Assembly (NCBI GenBank): GCA_963760595.1
Contig: CAVXDO010000004.1
Span: 22,002-86,001 of the forward strand
Length of the DNA stretch: 64,000 bases
DNA from: Candidatus Bathyarchaeota archaeon
GTDB lineage: Archaea; Thermoproteota; Bathyarchaeia; Bathyarchaeales; Bathycorpusculaceae
Reading direction: 5' to 3'
Shown: in pieces, positions 8,398 through 18,065 of the stretch
Layout of the letters: every line of letters begins with the position of its first letter
Position numbering within the stretch: the stretch's first letter is position 1
Program-made: the position numbers and the translations under genes
The notes under the pieces: model-generated
The model's input: the letters and a program-made list of their open reading frames with translations, nothing else
The model's database searches: none
Told to the model about the DNA's origin: nothing

Positions 8398-10083
8398 TTG
8401 GTGTTATTTGAAAAGGAAAAGCTGAATGAGATTCGTGAACGGAAGAAAAAGTGGGAGAGTGACACGGTCTCTAAGAGTTTTGAAAAGTTTCCGGAGAGAG
8501 GCGAGTTCTTCACAAGTTCGGATGTTGCCGTGGATCGAGTCTGTACTCCTGTTGACCTTGCGGATTGTGACTATATGCGTGACTTGGGGTTTCCCGGTGA
8601 GTATCCGCTCACGCGCGGCGTTTATCCGACGATGTATCGGGCGAGGCTTTGGACGATGCGACAGTATGCTGGGTTCGGCACGGCTGAACAGACGAATCAG
8701 CGTTTCAAGTACTTACTTGAACACGGGCAGACGGGTTTGAGTGTGGCTTTTGATTTTCCAACTCAGGTCGGGTACGATTGTGATCATCCCATGGCTTTGG
8801 GCGAAGTTGGGAAGGTAGGCGTGAGCGCCAGTACGTTGCGGGACATGGAAATTCTCTTTGATGGAATTCCCATGGATAAGGTTACTACTTCGATGACGAT
8901 TAACGCGCCTGCCAACGTGTTGCTTGCCATGTACGCCGCGGTTGGACAGAAACAAGGCTGTGTACAGGCCAGACTTGGAGGCACGGTTCAGAATGACGTG
9001 TTGAAGGAATACGTTGCCAGAGGCATGTACATTTTTCCACCCAAGCCTTCTATGCGGATGGTCACAGACATTTTCGAGTACTGTAGTCAGAACATGCCGC
9101 AGTGGAACACAATCAGTATAAGCGGTTATCACATTCGCGAGGCCGGATCAACGGCAGTTCAGGAGGTTGCCTTCACTATTGCCAACGCAATTGCCTATGT
9201 GCAAGCAGCTCTTGACAGAGGCTTGGATTTAGACAGGTTCGCAAGCAGATTGTCCTTCTTTTTCGCGGCTCACAGCAATTTCCTTGAAGAGGTTGCAAAG
9301 TTCCGCGCGGCTAGGAGATTGTGGGCCAAGATCATGCGGGATCGTTTCGGAGCCAAGAACCTTAATTCGTCGATGCTGCGATTCCACACGCAGACATCAG
9401 GCGTCTCGCTAACCGCCCAACAACCTTACAACAACATTGTTCGCGTAGCGTTGCAGGCTTTGTCTGCTGTTCTGGGGGGCACCCAGTCTTTGCACACGAA
9501 TTCTTTTGATGAAGCCTATGCCTTGCCCAGCGAGCAAGCGGTGACCGTTGCTTTGAGGACTCAGCAGATAGTTGCCCATGAAAGTGGAGTGGTTGACAGC
9601 GTTGATCCGCTTGCGGGCTCATTCTACATTGAGAGTCTGACAAACGAGATTGAGGAGAGGGCTGCAAAATACATTGAACGGATTGATGCGATGGGGGGAG
9701 CAGTTGCCGCTATCGAGAAGGGTTTCATGCAGCGTGAGATTACAGAAAGTGCCTACCGTTTTCAGAAGGAGGTTGAGGTTAAGAAGCGGATCGTTGTGGG
9801 CGTGAATGACTTCCTAAGTGAGGAATCGGCTCCAATCAAGCTTTTGCAGATAAACCCTTTGATTGAGAAAAGGCTTGTTGAGCGGCTGAAAGAGATCAGA
9901 CGGCAGAGAAACCAGGTTAAGGTACGAGAGGCGCTAAGCAAACTGCATGTAGCCACTGGGCGGGAAAACGTGAATCTGATGCCGTTCATACTCGAGGCTG
10001 TGAAGGAGTATGCGACCTTGGGAGAGATTTGTGACACTTTGCGCGATGTGTTCGGTGAGTACAGGCCGCCCTCTATCTTCTAG
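8398..10083 (+). CDS. mcmA: Methylmalonyl-CoA mutase, large catalytic (TIM-barrel) chain; no B12-binding domain
   Basis: 561 aa with [51 protein letters not shown] and [21 protein letters not shown]. The protein ends before a cobalamin-binding domain, so a separate small subunit is expected elsewhere. Confidence 0.9.
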   Translation: MVLFEKEKLNEIRERKKKWESDTVSKSFEKFPERGEFFTSSDVAVDRVCTPVDLADCDYMRDLGFPGEYPLTRGVYPTMYRARLWTMRQYAGFGTAEQTNQRFKYLLEHGQTGLSVAFDFPTQVGYDCDHPMALGEVGKVGVSASTLRDMEILFDGIPMDKVTTSMTINAPANVLLAMYAAVGQKQGCVQARLGGTVQNDVLKEYVARGMYIFPPKPSMRMVTDIFEYCSQNMPQWNTISISGYHIREAGSTAVQEVAFTIANAIAYVQAALDRGLDLDRFASRLSFFFAAHSNFLEEVAKFRAARRLWAKIMRDRFGAKNLNSSMLRFHTQTSGVSLTAQQPYNNIVRVALQALSAVLGGTQSLHTNSFDEAYALPSEQAVTVALRTQQIVAHESGVVDSVDPLAGSFYIESLTNEIEERAAKYIERIDAMGGAVAAIEKGFMQREITESAYRFQKEVEVKKRIVVGVNDFLSEESAPIKLLQINPLIEKRLVERLKEIRRQRNQVKVREALSKLHVATGRENVNLMPFILEAVKEYATLGEICDTLRDVFGEYRPPSIF

Positions 10084-10646
10084 CTGATGATGAAGAGGAT
10101 TTCGCCTTCGGTTACCGGTGACCCGTCTGAGACGTTTATTTCTTGGATGGTTCCAGCCTTTGGTGCCGTGATTTCATTCTCCATTTTCATAGCTTCGATT
10201 ACGCACAGGATTTGCTTTGCGTTGACTTGCTCTCCTTTCTTGACTTTCACCTTGACTATCTTGCCCGTCATGGGTGCAGTGACCGCGCCCTCTACGGAGG
10301 CTTGCCTCGGTGTTGCCGTTCTTGTCATTGAGACTGTAGGCGCTGCTTCGAAGCTTGTCGTTGCCCGCTTTGTGCCTGAGTTTTTGACTTCAACTTTGAA
10401 AATGGCTTCTTCTACTTTTACTGGAATCGCTTTTTCCTGTTCGATTTTGGGGAGTTGGATCTTGTAGCTTTTGTCATCTATTTTTATGGTGAAAGCTTCT
10501 TCAGGATTGATTTTGTCAGTCCGTATTTCGATCTTGTGCGGGGTGTCGTCTATTTTGGCAGTGAAAAGATTTTGAGTTGGCTGGGTCAGTTGTATTCTTC
10601 TTGGTTTGCCATCGACGATGACCTCGTATTCCGGCATTTCACGCAC
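10080..10646 (-). CDS. Biotin carboxyl carrier protein (1.3S-like biotinyl subunit)
   Basis: C-terminal biotinyl domain [51 protein letters not shown], with the EAMKM biotinylation motif. The N-terminal 110 aa has no recognisable domain. Confidence 0.85.
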   Translation of the reverse strand: MREMPEYEVIVDGKPRRIQLTQPTQNLFTAKIDDTPHKIEIRTDKINPEEAFTIKIDDKSYKIQLPKIEQEKAIPVKVEEAIFKVEVKNSGTKRATTSFEAAPTVSMTRTATPRQASVEGAVTAPMTGKIVKVKVKKGEQVNAKQILCVIEAMKMENEITAPKAGTIQEINVSDGSPVTEGEILFIIS

Positions 10647-12183
10647 TCCGCTCTGTTAATCCTTGACGGCTTGCCAGAAGCCAAGGCGATATCACACCCT
10701 TAGGTCGTATCAGCGTCAGTGCCTTTGCTGTCGCACTACTTGTAACGAAGGAGAATACTGCAGCAGCTATGGCAGCAACTTCCTCGAGTTCCATAAGTCT
10801 CTCGGGGGCGATTGTGGTTTCGGTTTCTTCGCGTTTGATTTTTCGTTTCTTGAAGAATTCTAGTGCTATCTGTGGGAAAAGTACGTAGGTTATCTTGTCC
10901 TCTTCCGTTTCTATGTATGGTTTCACATCGTCTGGAATCTTATCAAGAGCCGGTTCCAAGAGGTCGGCTGGTCGCGTCGTTATGGGCTGTTCATCGCCGA
11001 TGATTTTCTTCTTGATCTTTGGGTCGATTGGGGCAGGTGGTTTTCCATAAAGGCCTTTGACGTAGTCTTTTATTTCTTTTGGGATTATGCTGTAGCGTTT
11101 GCCCGAAATGACGTTAAGTACAGCTTGAATGCCTACGAGCTGGCTGGTTGGCGTTACGAGCGGGGGATAGCCCAGTTCTTTTCTGACTTTGGGCACTTCT
11201 TCAAGTACCTCGTTGAGTCTGCCCAGAGCTTTTTGTTCGCGTAATTGTTCTAGCAGGTTGGAGAACATTCCGCCCGGGATTTGGTGAACGATTATTGAGG
11301 CGTCGACTCGTTCAGCTTTTGGATCAATCAGTTTCAACGGGTCGTAGTATTTTTCGCGCAGTTCTCGGAAGTACTGTCCGATTTCGTTCAGCAGCTCACT
11401 GTCTAGGCCGGTGTCGTAGGGTGTTCCCTTGAGTGCGGCGACGACTGATTCGACAGGCGGTTGAGATGTGCCCCACGCCAGCGGTGAAAATGCCGTGTCA
11501 AGGATGTCTGCGCCTGCCTCGCACGCCCGCAGGTAGGTCATCATGACCATTCCGCTCGTGCTGTGGCTGTGTATGTGTATAGGGAGGTTGACTTCTTTTT
11601 TCAGTGCAGTTATCAGGTCGTATGCCGGTTGTGGAGCGAGCATTCCTGCCATGTCTTTTATGCAGATGGAGTCGCAGTCTAGTTCTGCAAGCTTTTTTGC
11701 CAATTCAACAAAGTGCCCCACGGTGTGGACGGGGCTGATCGTGTAGCTGATCGTTCCTTGGGCGTGTTTGCCCGTTTTCTTGACGGTTTTGATGGCGACT
11801 TCCATGTTTCTTATGTCGTTCAAAGCGTCGAAGACTCTGAAAATGTCGATACCGTTCTCGGCTGCTTTTTCGACGAATTTTATGACGACGTCGTCGGGAT
11901 AGTTGCGGTAGCCTACGACGTTTTGTCCACGGAGAAGCATCTGTAATGGTGTTCGTTTGACGTGGCGTTTCAGCTGGCGGATTCGTTCCCACGGGTCTTC
12001 GTTCAAGAAGCGTATTGCAACGTCGAATGTCGCTCCGCCCCATGCTTCAAGTGAGAAGAATCCTACTTGATCCATTTTTTCAGCTATTGGCAGCATCGTG
12101 TCTGTTCGCATTCTTGTGGCGATTAGGCTCTGGTGTGCATCACGAAAAGTGGTGTCAGTGATTTTGACAGGTTTCAAAGCCAA
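10639..12183 (-). CDS. Carboxyltransferase, 5S / oxaloacetate decarboxylase alpha / pyruvate carboxylase B type, lacking a biotinyl domain
   Basis: KITDTTFRDAHQSLIATRMRT, LEAWGGATFD, IHIHSHSTSGM. The protein ends without an AMKM domain. TTG start. Confidence 0.88.
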   Translation of the reverse strand: MALKPVKITDTTFRDAHQSLIATRMRTDTMLPIAEKMDQVGFFSLEAWGGATFDVAIRFLNEDPWERIRQLKRHVKRTPLQMLLRGQNVVGYRNYPDDVVIKFVEKAAENGIDIFRVFDALNDIRNMEVAIKTVKKTGKHAQGTISYTISPVHTVGHFVELAKKLAELDCDSICIKDMAGMLAPQPAYDLITALKKEVNLPIHIHSHSTSGMVMMTYLRACEAGADILDTAFSPLAWGTSQPPVESVVAALKGTPYDTGLDSELLNEIGQYFRELREKYYDPLKLIDPKAERVDASIIVHQIPGGMFSNLLEQLREQKALGRLNEVLEEVPKVRKELGYPPLVTPTSQLVGIQAVLNVISGKRYSIIPKEIKDYVKGLYGKPPAPIDPKIKKKIIGDEQPITTRPADLLEPALDKIPDDVKPYIETEEDKITYVLFPQIALEFFKKRKIKREETETTIAPERLMELEEVAAIAAAVFSFVTSSATAKALTLIRPKGVISPWLLASRQGLTERSA

Positions 12184-12423
12184 TCTGTCTGCCCCGTGGT
12201 TTCTTAACTGAGAAAGTAGAAAATGGGATGAAGCTGTATTAATTTATGATGGTAGCATTAGAAGCTTTTGACGGTTGTCAGTATGTTGTTCTGTTCCAAT
12301 CCACCCTCTTTTCTTGCAGCACAGTGCTGTTAGCTTAACAGCAGGCTACGCATCCATTCCGTACGTGCATTTGTTAGATAGTTTTATATCAGTACAATAG
12401 TTCTGGTTAACCTGTGATGGAAG

Positions 12424-12999
12424 ATGCTTCTGTCATTGTTTACATTTTTGGTTTTCACTTTCGCGTTTCTAAGACAGAAAAAAAAGTTTGGAAAAAGGGC
12501 TTGGACGATAACTATTGCTCTTGCCTGCCTGTTTTCTTTCTTGCTTGCCTATATTTCTGTCTCAGCCGTTTGGACACCTCATCCGCTGAGTGATGACGTT
12601 GGTCGCGAACAAAATGCGCTTGGCGAATACGAAGGAGTATTTCCATGGTCTGAACTCTCCTACCCACTGTACCTGACCGTGTACCACAGTCCATTTAACC
12701 AACAGACATTCCTGTACCCTTATGCTTATGGCGAAGCGCGTTTCAACATATTTCTTGCGAACGCAAATATCATTCGACTCAATGGCACATTCTCGTACTA
12801 TGCCTATGTTATGGGACCGATGCCATTGTATTACAAGATTGACTTTCTGTTTTCTGATTCGCTTGAGTTCTTTGATTTCCTGCTTGTCCTATTTTCGTTC
12901 TTTAACATTATTGGGACACTCATCGGAATCATGTTGGCAAAGACATTGCAAAAAAAGAGTGGCAAGTTGGGGCCCATTAAGGCGTTTGATTTATTCTGA
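12424..12999 (+). CDS. Hypothetical multi-pass membrane protein
   Basis: 191-aa ORF with several hydrophobic segments and no recognisable motif. It is opposite in orientation to the flanking carboxyltransferase genes. Confidence 0.5.
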   Translation: MLLSLFTFLVFTFAFLRQKKKFGKRAWTITIALACLFSFLLAYISVSAVWTPHPLSDDVGREQNALGEYEGVFPWSELSYPLYLTVYHSPFNQQTFLYPYAYGEARFNIFLANANIIRLNGTFSYYAYVMGPMPLYYKIDFLFSDSLEFFDFLLVLFSFFNIIGTLIGIMLAKTLQKKSGKLGPIKAFDLF

Positions 13000-13000
13000 T

Positions 13001-14584
13001 CTATAATGGTAGGTTCGAGTGTTTTCTGGACGGGCGGGGTTCACGTTTTGTGGTCAAGCTTTCGAGTGCGCTTACTAGTTTGGGACGGGTTTGGGATGGT
13101 TCGATCACTTCGTCTATGTAGCCTTTTTGTGCGGCTATGTATGGGCTTGCGAATTTTTCGCGGTATTCGCTTACAAGTTCATTGTGCCTTTCGTCTGGGT
13201 TTTTGGCTTCGGCTATTTCTTTGCGGAAGATTATGTTGATCGCTCCATGCGGTCCCATTACGGCTATTTCGGCTGTTGGCCACGCGTAGTTGATGTCAGC
13301 GCCACTGTGTTTGCTTCCCATGACATCATAGGCCCCGCCGTAGTCTTTCCTGAGGATGACCGTGACTTTTGGCACGGTAGCCTCGCAGTAGGCGTAGAGG
13401 AGTTTCGACCCGTGTTTTATTATGCCGCCGTGCTCCTGTTCAATACCGGGCAGGAAGCCAGGCACGTCAACGAAGGTTATTATTGGGATGTTGAATGCGT
13501 CGCAGAAACGTATGAATCTGCCAGCTTTCATTGCGCTGTTGATGTCCAACGCGCCTCCGTAGTGCGTGGGTTGGTTGGCTACTATACCTATGGCTTTGCC
13601 GTTTAGCCGTGCGAAGCCGATGACGACGTTCTGTGCCCACAGAGGCTGAACTTCGAAGAATTCGCCGTTGTCGACTACGCGGTAGATGATTTCTTTCACG
13701 TCGTAAGGTTTGTCCGAATCATTTGGAATGATTTTTGCTATCGTTTCGTCTGTGCGGTTTGGGTCGTCACCTGTCTCAACAGTAGGCGGGTCTTCTAGGT
13801 AGTTGTTTGGAATGTAGCTTAGCAGTTTTTTGATGATTTGGATGCATTGTTCTTCGTCCTTTGCGATGAAGTGGGCGACGCCACTGGTCTGGCTGTGAAC
13901 CATTGCTCCGCCTAGTTCTTCGAAGGTCACTTCTTGACCGAGGGCCGCTTTGACAACGTCTGGGCCTGTTATGAACATGTGGCTTGTCTTGTCAACCATT
14001 ATTATGAAATCTGTCAGGGCGGGTGAATAAACTGCTCCTCCTGCACATGGACCCATTATGGCGGATATCTGCGGCACGACGCCTGAACTGATGACGTTGC
14101 GGAAGAAAATGTCACCGTAGCCAGCGAGACTGGCCACACCTTCCTGAATTCTCGCGCCTCCGGAGTCGTTTAGACCTATGACCGGGGCTCCGGTTTTGAG
14201 GGCTAGATCCATGAGTTTGCAGACTTTTTTAGCGAACATTTCGCCCAGTGAACCGCCGAAGACCGTGAAGTCTTGTGAGAAGACGTAGACGAGTCGACCG
14301 TCCATCGTGCCGTAGCCTGTGACAACGCCGTCTCCGAGGACTTTCTTGTCAGCCATGCCGAACTCTGTGCACTGGTGAACTACGAACTTGTCGATTTCAT
14401 TGAAGCTGCCGGGATCAAGCAAGAGCTCAATTCGTTCGCGAGCGGTAAGCTTGCCTTTCGCGTGTTGATCCTCAATCCGTTTTTGGCCGCCTGCCAGCTT
14501 GGCCTGTTCGTTCAACTCTTTTAGACGCTTGATTTTCTCCTCAACAGTTGGCTCTTTTGTCGGGGTCATAGAGGTCCCTCGCAT
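13001..14584 (-). CDS. Acyl-CoA carboxyltransferase, 12S / propionyl-CoA carboxylase beta / methylmalonyl-CoA decarboxylase alpha type
   Basis: 527 aa: [72 protein letters not shown]. Confidence 0.9.
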   Translation of the reverse strand: MRGTSMTPTKEPTVEEKIKRLKELNEQAKLAGGQKRIEDQHAKGKLTARERIELLLDPGSFNEIDKFVVHQCTEFGMADKKVLGDGVVTGYGTMDGRLVYVFSQDFTVFGGSLGEMFAKKVCKLMDLALKTGAPVIGLNDSGGARIQEGVASLAGYGDIFFRNVISSGVVPQISAIMGPCAGGAVYSPALTDFIIMVDKTSHMFITGPDVVKAALGQEVTFEELGGAMVHSQTSGVAHFIAKDEEQCIQIIKKLLSYIPNNYLEDPPTVETGDDPNRTDETIAKIIPNDSDKPYDVKEIIYRVVDNGEFFEVQPLWAQNVVIGFARLNGKAIGIVANQPTHYGGALDINSAMKAGRFIRFCDAFNIPIITFVDVPGFLPGIEQEHGGIIKHGSKLLYAYCEATVPKVTVILRKDYGGAYDVMGSKHSGADINYAWPTAEIAVMGPHGAINIIFRKEIAEAKNPDERHNELVSEYREKFASPYIAAQKGYIDEVIEPSQTRPKLVSALESLTTKREPRPSRKHSNLPL

Positions 14585-14652
14585 CGCTCGGTACTATTGC
14601 GTTAACAGGTATTTAGAACATCTGGAGAACGGCGGGAAACTGTAACATCACA

Positions 14653-15450
14653 TCAAGAAATACGAAGAGAAACGTCTCCAACACATACTCGGCGTGTTTT
14701 CCCATTTTCAAGCCGCAGGATCAATGCGCCTTCTTCGTCAACGTCTAACGCCAAGCCAACTATTTCTTCACGCTGGTCAGTCACTTCAACTTTTTGGCCC
14801 AAGAAGGCGGCGTATTTTTTCCATTCTGCCAATATTGGGGCGAATCCTTGCTGTTCAAATAGGCTGTACGTTTTCTCCAGTTTGCTCATAACCGCTCTGA
14901 ACAAGTTATCGAGCTTGATTCTACTGCCGACTTCGTTTTCAATCGAAGTGGTGACGGGCTTTAGCGAAGGTGGAAAGACTCGTCTGATGTCGAAGTTTGC
15001 ATTTATGCCAACGCCTATTACGGCATAGTTCACTTTTTGGTTTGTCGTGTTCATTTCCGCGAGTATTCCGCAGATTTTCCTTCCGTTCACTAAAACATCG
15101 TTGGGCCACTTAGTTTCTATTTTCAAGCAGCATTCCTCACGTAGAGCATCCGCGACTGCTAAGCCGGCTACGAAGACAAGTTTTGCGGCTTCCGTGGCAT
15201 CGAATTCAGGGCGAACGATGACTGAAAAGTACAGCCCACCTTTTGGCGATATCCATTCTCGCTCAAGCCTTCCACGTCCGGCTGTTTGAGTCTCAGCGAC
15301 GGCAACTGTACCTTCAGCCGCGCCCATTGCGGCCAATTTCTTAGCCCAATCATTCGTTGAAGGAACAGAAGAGCTGAAGAGAACTGTTTTCCCGAATCGC
15401 CGAGTTTGCAGACCTTCCTGAAGCTTGTCTACACTCATCTTTGCTGGCAT
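14653..15450 (-). CDS. birA: Biotin-protein ligase (no N-terminal HTH)
   Basis: Contains TAGRGRLEREWISPKGGLYFS (GRGRxGRxW signature) and KWPNDVLVNGRKICGIL. Confidence 0.88.
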   Translation of the reverse strand: MPAKMSVDKLQEGLQTRRFGKTVLFSSSVPSTNDWAKKLAAMGAAEGTVAVAETQTAGRGRLEREWISPKGGLYFSVIVRPEFDATEAAKLVFVAGLAVADALREECCLKIETKWPNDVLVNGRKICGILAEMNTTNQKVNYAVIGVGINANFDIRRVFPPSLKPVTTSIENEVGSRIKLDNLFRAVMSKLEKTYSLFEQQGFAPILAEWKKYAAFLGQKVEVTDQREEIVGLALDVDEEGALILRLENGKTRRVCVGDVSLRIS

Positions 15451-15536
15451 AGCAGCTCACCAGTGGATTTTTCAAGAATCAGCGTTCACGACGACCATAT
15501 TGCCACAGTAGAAGACGGCGAGGCATAGCCTAGTGG

Positions 15537-15941
15537 TCATAGTTTCTCGACGAGTTCCAGAAGAACGCCTTTAGTGCTCTTTGGATTTATGAAGGCGACT
15601 CTTTTTCCTTCGGCACCGGGGCGGGGCTTTTCGTCAATCAGCGCTATGCCTTTTTGTTTGAGCTCTTCCAAAACCTTCTCGGCACTATCGACTCTCATTG
15701 CGAAATGGTGAATGCCCTCTCCACGCGCCTCAAGAAACTTTGCGATTGCGCTGTCGCTTCCAAGTGATTCTAGGAGTTCTATTTGGGTTTCGCCGCCTGT
15801 GGAGATAAATGCCACTTTGATCTTGCGGTCCTTCAAAACTTGAACGCCTTCAAGTTTGAAGCCTAGCAAGTCACGGTAAACTTCGATGGCATCGTCCAAG
15901 TTTTTTACGGCCACGCCCACATGATCCACGCCTTTAAACAC
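15537..15941 (-). CDS. mce: Methylmalonyl-CoA epimerase (VOC/glyoxalase fold)
   Basis: [24 protein letters not shown]...[12 protein letters not shown]...[17 protein letters not shown]. Start placed at GTG 15941, giving 134 aa. The ORF track's ATG at 16055 would add 38 non-conserved residues and overlap the divergent parvulin gene. Confidence 0.8.
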   Translation of the reverse strand: MFKGVDHVGVAVKNLDDAIEVYRDLLGFKLEGVQVLKDRKIKVAFISTGGETQIELLESLGSDSAIAKFLEARGEGIHHFAMRVDSAEKVLEELKQKGIALIDEKPRPGAEGKRVAFINPKSTKGVLLELVEKL

Positions 15942-16044
15942 GATTCCAGCTCCCTTCAAAGAATGGTTAAGTGCATAGAAGGCGCTATAAAAAAGGTTTC
16001 TGAAAGAAGGAAACGTTATAAACAAACAGCAAATATCAGTAGCC

Positions 16045-16320
16045 ATGCCAGACAAAGTCCATTGCGCTCACATTCTCGTGAAAACGGAGCCAGAAGCCAA
16101 AGCAGTATTAGAACGGCTCAACAAGGGGGAGAAATTCGCCAACATAGCCAAGGAAGTTTCTCTATGTCCGTCAGGAAAGCGCGGCGGTGACCTTGGAACC
16201 TTCACTCGTGGGAAGATGGTGCAGGAATTTGAAAGATGTGCCTTCGCTATGGAAAAAGGACAAGTCTCACCAATAGTGAAAACAAAGTTCGGGTACCACA
16301 TTATAAAAAGACTGGAATGA
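16045..16320 (+). CDS. Parvulin-type peptidyl-prolyl cis-trans isomerase
   Basis: 91 aa: [58 protein letters not shown]...FGYHIIK. Confidence 0.85.
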   Translation: MPDKVHCAHILVKTEPEAKAVLERLNKGEKFANIAKEVSLCPSGKRGGDLGTFTRGKMVQEFERCAFAMEKGQVSPIVKTKFGYHIIKRLE

Positions 16321-16378
16321 GACGAAAGCGACGCTCTCGCATCAACGACGCCAAAGTAGTTAATGCTGAAAAATGCAT

Positions 16379-16954
16379 TCAGGGGGAACTGGCTACATTT
16401 ACGAAGTTCTTAAGGATCTCTTCTCCATGTTCAGTGTTATTCACTTCGGGATGGAATTGAATCCCATAGTACGGCTTCTTGACATGTTTAGCAGCTTGAA
16501 CTGCACAATTCTCTGAGACAGCGAGCACCGTGAAGTCTTTTGCCATTTTCACTTCGTCGTTATGGGACTCCCAAACCAGTAACTCTTTCGGCAAGCCCTT
16601 GAACAGGTCATCTTCTTGAATGATCTTTATCTTGGCTAGCCCATATTCTGGGACTTCGCTTGGACCTGCTTTTCCGCCGCAATACACGACCATTAATTGG
16701 AGCCCTACGCAGATGCCGAGAATTGGACCGCTGAAGTGTTGCAGATAGTCAGTGCAGTTGCCCAACTTGGGGGACTCCCAAGCGATTCTGGGTGCACCGC
16801 CGCTCAAAACCAAGGCGTCAGCATCTATCTCGCTGACAGGCGTGGTGTTGGCTATGATTTTGGAATCGCAGCCGAGTTCACGCAAGACTCTCCAAATCCT
16901 GTGAGTCCATTGACCACCGTTGTCGACAACATAAACCTTAGCAGGCTTACTCAT
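16379..16954 (-). CDS. guaAA: GMP synthase subunit A (class-I glutamine amidotransferase)
   Basis: KVYVVDNGGQWTHRIWRVLRELG, ILGICVGLQLM, GIQFHPE. Start taken at ATG 16954, overlapping the guaAB stop by 8 nt. Confidence 0.85.
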   Translation of the reverse strand: MSKPAKVYVVDNGGQWTHRIWRVLRELGCDSKIIANTTPVSEIDADALVLSGGAPRIAWESPKLGNCTDYLQHFSGPILGICVGLQLMVVYCGGKAGPSEVPEYGLAKIKIIQEDDLFKGLPKELLVWESHNDEVKMAKDFTVLAVSENCAVQAAKHVKKPYYGIQFHPEVNNTEHGEEILKNFVNVASSP

Positions 16955-17900
16955 ACTCGATCGTTCCCGGAGGCTTGTTGGATATGTCAAAAACAACGCG
17001 ACTAACATCATCTTTCAAGGTGTTCGTAATCCTCACAGATATCTTCTCGAGCACCGAGTGAGGAATCTTCGAGTAAGCGGCGCTCATGCCATCTAAACTT
17101 TCTACTGCTCGAACTGCAATGATACTTCCATAGGCTCTGACATCGCCGTGTACGCCGACGGTCTTGCAAGGCAGCAAAACAGCAAAGTACTGCCAAGGCA
17201 TACTCATCTCATTTCTTGCCACAGCCTTCTCGATCTCTTCCTCCACGATGGCGCATGCCTCTCTTATGATTCTCACGCTTTCAGGGTCAGCTTCGCCGAT
17301 GATTCTCACGGCCAAGCCGGGCCCTGGAAACGGCTGCCGCTCATACAGTTCCGAAGGCAAACCGAGCTTTTTTCCGACTATCCTCACTTCGTCCTTGTAC
17401 AAGTCTCTCAGGGGCTCGACGATTTCGAAGTCTATTTTTTCAGGTAAGCCCCCAACATTGTGGTGAGATTTGATTCTGTCCCTTAATCCGCCACCGCTCT
17501 CTATCCAGTCCGGCGCAATGGTTCCCTGAACAAAAAACTTTGCGTTCTCCTTCTTGGCAACTTCCTCAAAAACCCGAATGAACAATTCTCCTATTATCTT
17601 CCTTTTCTGCTCCGGGTCAATCACGTCTTTGAGTTTCTTGTAAAATCGTTCTTTGGCATCTACAACCAGAACGGTCAAACCTAGTCTCTTCAACATTTTT
17701 TCGTTGTTCTCTATCTCATTCTTCCTCATGTAACCAGTGTCAACTAAAACACATCGAAGATTCTGCCCAATGGCTCTGTTCACCAAAATAGCTGCAGTGG
17801 TCGAATCGACCCCGCCCGAAATGCCGATAACTGCTCTACCCCGTATTTTGCCCTTCAACTCTTCAACAGTCTTGTCTATGAAACCATCGGCATCGAACAT
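16947..17900 (-). CDS. guaAB: GMP synthase subunit B (PP-loop ATP pyrophosphatase)
   Basis: AVIGISGGVDSTTAA (SGGxDS PP-loop) and a C-terminal dimerisation domain ending VVFDISNKPPGTIEYE. Start taken at ATG 17900. The 64 upstream residues in the ORF track look non-coding. Confidence 0.88.
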   Translation of the reverse strand: MFDADGFIDKTVEELKGKIRGRAVIGISGGVDSTTAAILVNRAIGQNLRCVLVDTGYMRKNEIENNEKMLKRLGLTVLVVDAKERFYKKLKDVIDPEQKRKIIGELFIRVFEEVAKKENAKFFVQGTIAPDWIESGGGLRDRIKSHHNVGGLPEKIDFEIVEPLRDLYKDEVRIVGKKLGLPSELYERQPFPGPGLAVRIIGEADPESVRIIREACAIVEEEIEKAVARNEMSMPWQYFAVLLPCKTVGVHGDVRAYGSIIAVRAVESLDGMSAAYSKIPHSVLEKISVRITNTLKDDVSRVVFDISNKPPGTIEYE

Positions 17901-18065
17901 GAAATCAACACAAGCTAGAGGAAACAAAGGACTATAAAAATCTTGTAAAAGCAACCCTGATGTGTGCAAGGGAGAATAACGCCCCGCGCTAGCATTGTGA
18001 CAACGCAAGGATTTGGAAAAACTATAAAGGACACGTGGTAAAACTATGGTATTCTCTTTGAACAG

